NCBI GenBank assembly: GCA_963704725.1
Contig: OY969934.1
Coordinates: 832,001 to 896,000 of the forward strand
Origin: an uncultured Actinomycetes bacterium
GTDB lineage: Bacteria > Actinomycetota > UBA4738 > HRBIN12
Direction of reading: 5' to 3'
Length of the DNA: 64,000 bases
The notes under the pieces are model-generated. The model searched no databases. It was not told the DNA's origin and saw only the letters and a list, made by a program, of their open reading frames with translations. Of this stretch, positions 57,590 to 64,000 are shown piece after piece (the stretch's first letter is position 1; each line of letters starts with the position of its first letter). The translations under genes and the position numbers were made by a program.

Positions 57590-58393
57590 CTACTGAGGCC
57601 TGCGCGCGACGATGAGTAGATGTGAGCTTGCCCCGATCAACGTCGCCTCCTGCTCGACGGCCCGCGCGACCCGCAGGATGTTCTCGCGACCAGCGATGTC
57701 CTCTTTGAAGTCCGCCCAGAGCAGCCACCCCGGTCCTTCGATCCCGAAGAGGCCCTCGACCTCCAACCCGGCAGCTTCAACCTCCTCCCGCAACTCATCG
57801 GGATGATGGAAGAAGGCCGTCGTGAACCACTCTGGGCGGTGCGTCGGATTCCGGTGCTGACCAGCCGCGAGATCGAGCTCGACGATCTGCTCGAACGCTG
57901 GGTCACCGAGCCAGCCGTTGACGAGGCCGTCCAGGAGCGAGGCGAACCTCGAGATGGCCGCAGCGAGGATCACGCCATCGGAACGCATAACGCGCCTGGC
58001 CTCCGTCAGGGCGCGCACTCGCTCGTTCCGGTCGGTGAGGTGATACAGCGGACCAAGCATGAGGACGGCATCGCATGAGGAGTCGTCCTGCTCCAGGCTC
58101 CGCGCATCACCGATCGAGGCTGTGAACGATCGATGGCCCCCGGCAACCTCAGTCGCTTGTTCAACGTGAAGTGGCACGGGATCGACGAGGTGGACGTGGT
58201 AACCCGCCCCGGCAAGCCACGACGCGTAGGCACCCGGGCCGCCGCCGACGTCGAGGATGGTGGCGGGAGCGGGAGGCAGGAAGCGGAGGAGCAGTTCCTT
58301 CGTCCGAGCGAACTCGATCCCGGACGGTTCTCCCGTCAAGCGCTCGCGCTCGTACCCGGAGTCGTAGTGCCGGTGGATCGCGTCCTCTCCCAT
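57590..58393 (-). CDS. Class I SAM-dependent methyltransferase
   Basis: ILDVGGGPG, GDARSL, LGPLYHL. Confidence 0.92.
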   Translation of the reverse strand: MGEDAIHRHYDSGYERERLTGEPSGIEFARTKELLLRFLPPAPATILDVGGGPGAYASWLAGAGYHVHLVDPVPLHVEQATEVAGGHRSFTASIGDARSLEQDDSSCDAVLMLGPLYHLTDRNERVRALTEARRVMRSDGVILAAAISRFASLLDGLVNGWLGDPAFEQIVELDLAAGQHRNPTHRPEWFTTAFFHHPDELREEVEAAGLEVEGLFGIEGPGWLLWADFKEDIAGRENILRVARAVEQEATLIGASSHLLIVARRPQ

Positions 58394-58677
58394 GCGAGAA
58401 CTGTATCCGTGCGAAGACGTGCAGCGCGAAAAGCCGCATCCAGCCAGCTGGCCGAGTCCGGATCGATATCAGGACCCGTCGTCCCCTCGCCCGCCTCGGT
58501 CGTCGCCGCGTGGAGGGGCGTCCCGCCTCCGCCCCGTCCGTGTGGGACGTTCGGCCGGTTGCCCTCGAACTGGGCGTTCCCGTAGAACGGGGCTGGGCCT
58601 GTGCCGCGCAAGGCTCGGTGCGGACGTCGCCGGACGCCCGGCCGGAAGGGGAGCGCGGGAGGAAGGGAGGGAGCATC

Positions 58678-60435
58678 ATGCGGTCTCGGTCGTCAAGGAC
58701 CGTGTTGGTCCTAGGGTTGGTCGGGGTGATGGCGTGGGCGACGGGTGGGATCTCGCCCACGGTCGCTGGGCCGAGAGGGGTTCTCCGGTTCGACGTCACC
58801 CTGTCGCCCGCGCTGCAGACGGGGAACGTCACCGGGCGGGTCTTCGTGATCGCCTCCACGGTGGCCGGGACGTCCCAGCTGTCGAGGATCAATAGCGCGA
58901 CGAACCCCCAGCCGTTCTGGGGCATGGACGTGTCCGACTTGGCCCCGGGAGCGAAGCTGACCTTCGCCACCGCCGGTGTCTACGGCTACCCGATCGAGCA
59001 ATTGCAGGACCTGCCCCCAGGTGACTACAACGTGCAGGCGTTCATGGATGTCTACACACGGTTCACGCGATCGGATGGATCGGTCGTCTGGTTGCACATG
59101 CCGTGCGGCGACGGGCAGCGCCCGACCAGCTCGCCCGGCAACCTGTTCAGCCCCGTCGTCCCGATGCGGCTGGACGGGAAGCTGTCGGGACTGCAGACCC
59201 TCACGCTCGATCAGATGATCCCGTATCCGGACGGAACGGCGCCGTTCCCGGAGGACGCGCCCGACGAGACGTGCCAGCAGGGCAACTATGTCGACTCGGC
59301 GCACATCAGGCACGTGAAGATCCAGAGCGAGCTCCTGACGGAGTACTGGGGCCGACCGATGTACATCGGAGCGAACGTGCTGCTGCCGATGACCTACGAC
59401 CAGCCGGGGCACGAAGCCGACCGCTACCCGGTCGTGTTCCAGCAGGGCCACTGGCCCGGCGGGGGGGTGCTCGGCTTCAGCGAGACCTCCACGACCGGCT
59501 TCTCGGCGTGGTGGAAGGCGGAGGACACGCCGCAGATGATCGGCGTCTCGATCCGTCACGAGAACCCGTACTACGACGACTCGTACGCGGTGAACTCCGC
59601 GAACCTCGGACCGTACGGGGACGCGATCACGCAGGAGCTGATCCCGTACATCGACGCGACCTTCCGGACCTATCCGGACCGGTGGGCCCGGACGCTGATG
59701 GGGGGGTCGACGGGCGGCTGGGAGGCGCTCGCGCAGATGGTGTTCTACCCGGAGGTGTTCGGCGGCACTTGGCCGAGCTGTCCCGACCCCGTGGACTTCC
59801 GCTTCCATCAGATCGTGAACGTCTACTCGGACGCGAACGCCTACTACACGGATCGCCAGTGGGTGGACACGCCGAGGCCGTCCTCCCGGAACGTCCCCGG
59901 GAACACGACGCTCACGATGGTCGAGGAGAACCACTGGGAGCTGGCGCTCGGGACGCGCTGGCGGTCGACGAAGCAGTGGGGCGTCTGGTCGGCCATCTAC
60001 GGTCCGCAGGCTGCCGACGGCTACCCGGCGGACATCTGGGACCGTGAGACGGGAGCGATCGACCACGCCGTAGCGGAGGCCTGGCGGCCCATGGACATCC
60101 GGCAGCACATCGTCGACAACTGGCCGACGCTGGGGCCGGAGCTGAGCGGCCGCATCCACGTCTTCGTGGGCGACGACGACACGTACTTCCTGAACGACGC
60201 CGTCGAGCTCCTGGAGGCGGCCGCCGCCGATCTGACAAGCCCGGACGCGAACTTCGAGTTCCAGTACGGGCACAACCAACCGCACTGCTGGAGCCCCTAC
60301 ACGAACCAAGAGCTGCTCCAGATCATGTTCGACGCGATGATCGCGGACGCGCCGACCACGGTGGCCGCGGACGCGACACCCGCCACCGTGGTGCCGGGGA
60401 GCCACGTGTTCCGTCATCTGGACGCGCGAGACTAG
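58678..60435 (+). CDS. Secreted alpha/beta-hydrolase (enterochelin esterase-like)
   Basis: Signal peptide, SELL..YWGRP, DSYAVNSANLGPY, GGSTGG nucleophile elbow, GDDD, HCW. Confidence 0.88.
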   Translation: MRSRSSRTVLVLGLVGVMAWATGGISPTVAGPRGVLRFDVTLSPALQTGNVTGRVFVIASTVAGTSQLSRINSATNPQPFWGMDVSDLAPGAKLTFATAGVYGYPIEQLQDLPPGDYNVQAFMDVYTRFTRSDGSVVWLHMPCGDGQRPTSSPGNLFSPVVPMRLDGKLSGLQTLTLDQMIPYPDGTAPFPEDAPDETCQQGNYVDSAHIRHVKIQSELLTEYWGRPMYIGANVLLPMTYDQPGHEADRYPVVFQQGHWPGGGVLGFSETSTTGFSAWWKAEDTPQMIGVSIRHENPYYDDSYAVNSANLGPYGDAITQELIPYIDATFRTYPDRWARTLMGGSTGGWEALAQMVFYPEVFGGTWPSCPDPVDFRFHQIVNVYSDANAYYTDRQWVDTPRPSSRNVPGNTTLTMVEENHWELALGTRWRSTKQWGVWSAIYGPQAADGYPADIWDRETGAIDHAVAEAWRPMDIRQHIVDNWPTLGPELSGRIHVFVGDDDTYFLNDAVELLEAAAADLTSPDANFEFQYGHNQPHCWSPYTNQELLQIMFDAMIADAPTTVAADATPATVVPGSHVFRHLDARD

Positions 60436-60457
60436 GAACGCCCGTCCGACGCCACGT

Positions 60458-60496
60458 CGGCGAGGGGCCCGGCCCTCCGGGGCGGGCCCCTCGCCG
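60458..60496. terminator. GC-rich hairpin between convergent genes
   Basis: 14-bp perfect stem CGGCGAGGGGCCCG / CGGGCCCCTCGCCG. Confidence 0.7.
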
Positions 60497-60569
60497 CGTC
60501 TCCCGGTCCGGGGGTTCACCGCGTGGCGGTTGCTGACCGTGCTCCGGCCGGTCGATCCTGGAGCGGGAA

Positions 60570-61076
60570 CTACCTGCCGGTGGCGGAGAACCAGGTCGTC
60601 GCGGACGGTCCGACGAACACGATGGGCGCCACGCAAGGATCGGGCAACGCCACCGTGGCTTCGATCCTCGAGTTCCCGGTCGGCGTCGCCGGGAAGGGCG
60701 CCGTCGCGACGTTCGCCGTGACGAGCGCACCGTCGACCTCGCTCAGGCAGCTCACGACGGCCACGAACGCGGGGATGGGGTTCGTGCCCTGGCGTTCGGG
60801 CGGGACCGGCGGCGCCGCGAGCAGCACGAGACCGCGGACCTCCACCTTGAGGTGCCCGTCGACACTCAGCTCCCCCTTGGCGCCCGCGATCTGCCACGGC
60901 AGGCCGCCGCCGTTGATCCCGCGGATCGGGTTGGTCGCGCCGACGAAGACTCCGTCGACCGGGGCCATGGTGGAGAACTCGAGCACCTGTCCCTTGCCGG
61001 CGCTCCATGCGGGGAGCTGCGCCAGCAGGACGGATCCCGCGATGACGGCGAGCAGCACCACACCTCGTCGTTTCAT
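60570..61076 (-). CDS. Secreted hypothetical protein
   Basis: GAGGAGG RBS, signal peptide MKRRGVVLLAVIAG, IRGINGGGLPW...VRGLVL...WFSATG. Confidence 0.75.
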   Translation of the reverse strand: MKRRGVVLLAVIAGSVLLAQLPAWSAGKGQVLEFSTMAPVDGVFVGATNPIRGINGGGLPWQIAGAKGELSVDGHLKVEVRGLVLLAAPPVPPERQGTNPIPAFVAVVSCLSEVDGALVTANVATAPFPATPTGNSRIEATVALPDPCVAPIVFVGPSATTWFSATGR

Positions 61077-61325
61077 CTTCCCCTCCTCTCGGGCCGGGCA
61101 TCCCCGTGTGGACCTCGATGACGCGCCGGGGCCGGGACGCGTACAGGGGATACGGGCCGCTCGGCGATCGGGATTCCGCGGCCGGTCTCGGCCCGATCCG
61201 CCGCGAGGAAACTGCCGGGCGCGTTGTGGATCCTCCGATCGAGAGCAGCCGAGTGGAGTCCAGGCCCACCCGTGCCGGTAGGGTCGGGTGTCGTTCGAAC
61301 CTCGGACGTCCAATCGATCGGAGGA

Positions 61326-62297
61326 ATGATGCGATTCGCCATCCTGGTGAGGGCCACGGACGCGTCCGAGGGGGGCGGCATGCCGAGCGAGGAGATCCTG
61401 ACCGATGTCGTCGCGTACCACGAAGACCTCGCGCGAGCCGGCGCGCTGTACGACGCGACGGGCCTGAGGCCGACCCGGGAGGGTTGGCGGATCCGGTACA
61501 CGGGCATGACGCGGACCGTCATCCAGGGACCGTTCGCGCCGGCCGCCGGACAGATCGCCGGTTACACCGTCATCCAGGTCCGTTCTCGAGAGGAGGCGAT
61601 GGGTTGGGCCATGCGCTTCCCGCGGCCAACCCTCGAGGACGTTGAGGGCGAGATCGAGGTCCGCCAGTTGTTCGAGCTCGAGGACTTCGTGCAGGGACCG
61701 GCGATCGCACGGTTCCGGGAGCTGGGCTCGATCGATGCGATCGCCGCAGACGTGGAGCAGGCCCGCCCGGACCTCGCGTCGGCGACGGCGCCCAACGGCA
61801 CGGCCACGATCCTGTTCACCGACATCGAGGGGTCGACCCAGCTCACCGAGCGCCTCGGTGACCAGGCGTGGATGGCCGTGCTGCAGGAGCACAACGCGAT
61901 CGTTCGGGCGCAGGCCGCGGCGCATGCTGGGTTCGAGGTGAAGTCGCAGGGCGATGGGTTCATGTTGGCCTTCGCCTCGGCCCTCGACGCCGTCCGCTGC
62001 GCGACCGGGATCCAGCGAGCCCTCGCCGAGCGAGACCCGCAGTCCGAGCAGCTCCGAGTGCGGATCGGACTGCACACGGGTGAGCCGGTACGCGAGGCCG
62101 ACGACTTCTACGGCAAATCGGTGATCCTCGCGGCTCGCATCGCCGCCGAGGCACGCGGCTCGGAGATCCTCGTCTCCTCGCTGGTGCGCGACCTCACCGA
62201 GAGCACGCGTGAGTTCGTCTTCGACGATCCGACTGATGTGGAGTTGAAGGGGCTCTCCGGGATGCACCGGTTGTCGGCGGTGCGCTGGAGGACGTGA
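61326..62297 (+). CDS. YciI/DGPF-domain fused to class III adenylate/guanylate cyclase
   Basis: N-terminal GL.P..GWRI...QGPF....IAGY..IQVRSREEA..W...IEVRQLFE. C-terminal ILFTDIEGST, VKSQGDGFM, RIGLHTG, DFYG.SV.LAARI. Confidence 0.88.
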   Translation: MMRFAILVRATDASEGGGMPSEEILTDVVAYHEDLARAGALYDATGLRPTREGWRIRYTGMTRTVIQGPFAPAAGQIAGYTVIQVRSREEAMGWAMRFPRPTLEDVEGEIEVRQLFELEDFVQGPAIARFRELGSIDAIAADVEQARPDLASATAPNGTATILFTDIEGSTQLTERLGDQAWMAVLQEHNAIVRAQAAAHAGFEVKSQGDGFMLAFASALDAVRCATGIQRALAERDPQSEQLRVRIGLHTGEPVREADDFYGKSVILAARIAAEARGSEILVSSLVRDLTESTREFVFDDPTDVELKGLSGMHRLSAVRWRT

Positions 62298-62487
62298 GGC
62301 TACGCGGCGGCGACGAGGATCGGCGTGGCGGAGACCGACAGCGTGACGCGCCCGTCCACCGCCGTGACCGATCGTGGCGACGAACGAGCGCTTCCTTCCG
62401 ACCCGTTGGATCCGCTGCGACGGTTTGTCTCGGTCCCTTTTGCCGTCTCAGGAACTACGCGAGCGATCCGCCCCACCCCCTCCGGGG

Positions 62488-63417
62488 TCACGAGACCTCG
62501 GTCTCGTCTCGCGCGACCACCTTGTGGACGAATCGATCCTTCCCGTCCATCTTGGCCTCGTACATGAGCCGGTCGGCCAGATCCACCATCTCCTCGAAGT
62601 CGGCGGGTGGACGCTCGAAGGTGACCACCCCGATGCTGAGGGTGAGCCCGTCCGGCACCGAACCGATCGCTGACGCGAGGCGAGACCGCATATCGTTGAG
62701 GACCGACGCGACGCCGGACGCGGGCGTCTCGGGAAGAAGGACAGCGAACTCGTCTCCCCCCAGCCGGGCCACCAGGTCGGAGGTGCGCAGTCCATCGTGA
62801 AGTCCCTCGGCGAGCGCCCGAAGGACCTCATCGCCGACCCTGTGCCCCTGGGTGTCGTTCAGGAGCTTGAAGTCGTCGACGTCCACGTACACGAGGCTGA
62901 TGGCATGCCCATAGCGCGCGGCGCGATACAGCTCCACGCGCGCGATGTCCGAGAAGTACCGAGCGTTGGCGACGCCGGTGAGCGGATCGAGCCGGGACAG
63001 CTCCCGAGCCGTCGTCAGCGCTCGCAGCAGTCGATTGGTGAGCAGGGTGACGACGAGGAAGATCCCCGTTCGGACAGCTGCGTTCCAGTACGGGATCCAC
63101 GCGGACCCGTACCGGGCGCCGGAGAGCCGGTCTGCGACGAACCAGGCGGCCCCGGCGAGTGCGGCCGCCGCGATCGCGTGGCGACGTTGCGCATACCAGC
63201 CCACAAGGAAGACCGGGCCGAGGTAGAACACCGAGAAGGACAACTCCGAGCCCGTGAGCACGTCGATCGTCGCCACGAGCCCGATGAGCACGAGGCCGAT
63301 CACGAGGCCGGCGCCGGGGGACAAGGCCATGAGCGCGGCGTCGAGTCGTCGCCAGATCCCGGGTGCGGCGGGATCTGGCACTCCTCGATACTTCGTTTCG
63401 TGGCCGATCGCGGACAT
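62488..63417 (-). CDS. Membrane-bound diguanylate cyclase (GGDEF)
   Basis: 4 TMs, DPLTGVAN, DVDDFK..ND..GH..GD, RTSD I-site, RLGGDEF. Confidence 0.93.
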   Translation of the reverse strand: MSAIGHETKYRGVPDPAAPGIWRRLDAALMALSPGAGLVIGLVLIGLVATIDVLTGSELSFSVFYLGPVFLVGWYAQRRHAIAAAALAGAAWFVADRLSGARYGSAWIPYWNAAVRTGIFLVVTLLTNRLLRALTTARELSRLDPLTGVANARYFSDIARVELYRAARYGHAISLVYVDVDDFKLLNDTQGHRVGDEVLRALAEGLHDGLRTSDLVARLGGDEFAVLLPETPASGVASVLNDMRSRLASAIGSVPDGLTLSIGVVTFERPPADFEEMVDLADRLMYEAKMDGKDRFVHKVVARDETEVS

Positions 63418-63598
63418 CTCCCGACTCGGTTTCCCAAGGCTAGCGCGCCGGCGCTGCGGTCCGGGCCGTTGCCCCGAGTCCCGTCGAGGGGAAGCCGTCG
63501 ATGACCTGCAGCATGATGGTGCCGGCATCGATGAGATTCGCGTGCGGGCTGAGTCACATCTTCGTGTTCGCACGCCACAGCGACCGAGGAGGAAGACG

Positions 63599-64000
63599 AT
63601 GACCGGGGATCGGACGACCGACGCGAGGGCCACCGGCGCATACGCCGAGGTCAACGGCATCAACCTCTATTACGAGATCCGCGGGGCCGGTCGCCCCCTG
63701 ATCCTGCTCCACGGCGGGCTCGGATCGGGTGAGATGTTCGGGCCGATCCTGCCCGCCCTGATCGAGCGCCACCAGGTCATCGTGGTCGACCTCCAGGGGC
63801 ACGGCCGCACCGCCGACATCGATCGGCCGATCGACGTCCGGCTGATGGCCGACGACATCGCGGCACTCATCGACCACCTCGGGCTCGAGAAGCCGGATCT
63901 CGTCGGCTACTCGCTCGGCGGCGGGGTCGCCTTCTTCACCGCCGTGAAGCATCCGGAGAAGGTCGGCAAGCTGGTGATGGCGGCGGCGCACATCAACTCG
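63599..64000 (+). CDS. Alpha/beta fold hydrolase, runs off window end
   Basis: AEVNGINLYYE, LLHGGLG, DLQGHGRT, GYSLGG. GAGGAGG RBS. Confidence 0.9.
   Translation, partial: MTGDRTTDARATGAYAEVNGINLYYEIRGAGRPLILLHGGLGSGEMFGPILPALIERHQVIVVDLQGHGRTADIDRPIDVRLMADDIAALIDHLGLEKPDLVGYSLGGGVAFFTAVKHPEKVGKLVMAAAHINS

Overview
High-GC bacterial DNA, most likely Actinomycetota (inferred from an IS6110-like IS, MMPL/NarL modules, DUF1918 and DGPF/YciI proteins). The window has four zones. (1) 1-5.1 kb: ordinary genes (oligopeptide ABC operon, serine hydrolase, GNAT). (2) 5.3-12.5 kb: an accessory patch on the 3' side of a tRNA-Arg(CCT) gene (12517-12592, minus). It holds an HTH gene, a candidate structured ncRNA, a KKATA-repeat protein, 1.5 copies of an IS3/IS6110-like element, a HEPN-motif protein and a protease. 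(3) About 12.6-36.0 kb: an island on the 5' side of the tRNA. It starts with an unusual mobility-like operon (Cas4-like nuclease, two tyrosine-recombinase-fold paralogues lacking catalytic residues, DDE-type transposase). Next comes a Druantia-like defence operon (two large unknown genes, a ~1940-codon DUF1998-type helicase, a PD-(D/E)XK nuclease). After that are an apparent HhH-GPD/[4Fe-4S] DNA glycosylase-C5 cytosine methyltransferase fusion, a degenerate IS3, a HEPN protein, RNase HI, an EEP nuclease and uracil-DNA glycosylase. Many island genes carry single-base indels, which may be sequencing errors or decay. (4) 36.3-64 kb: intact two-component systems, an MMPL transporter, secreted proteins/lipoproteins, hydrolases and signalling enzymes, including a YciI-adenylate cyclase fusion. 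No CRISPR array or rRNA seen. All family calls come from motifs recognised by eye; no database search was run.
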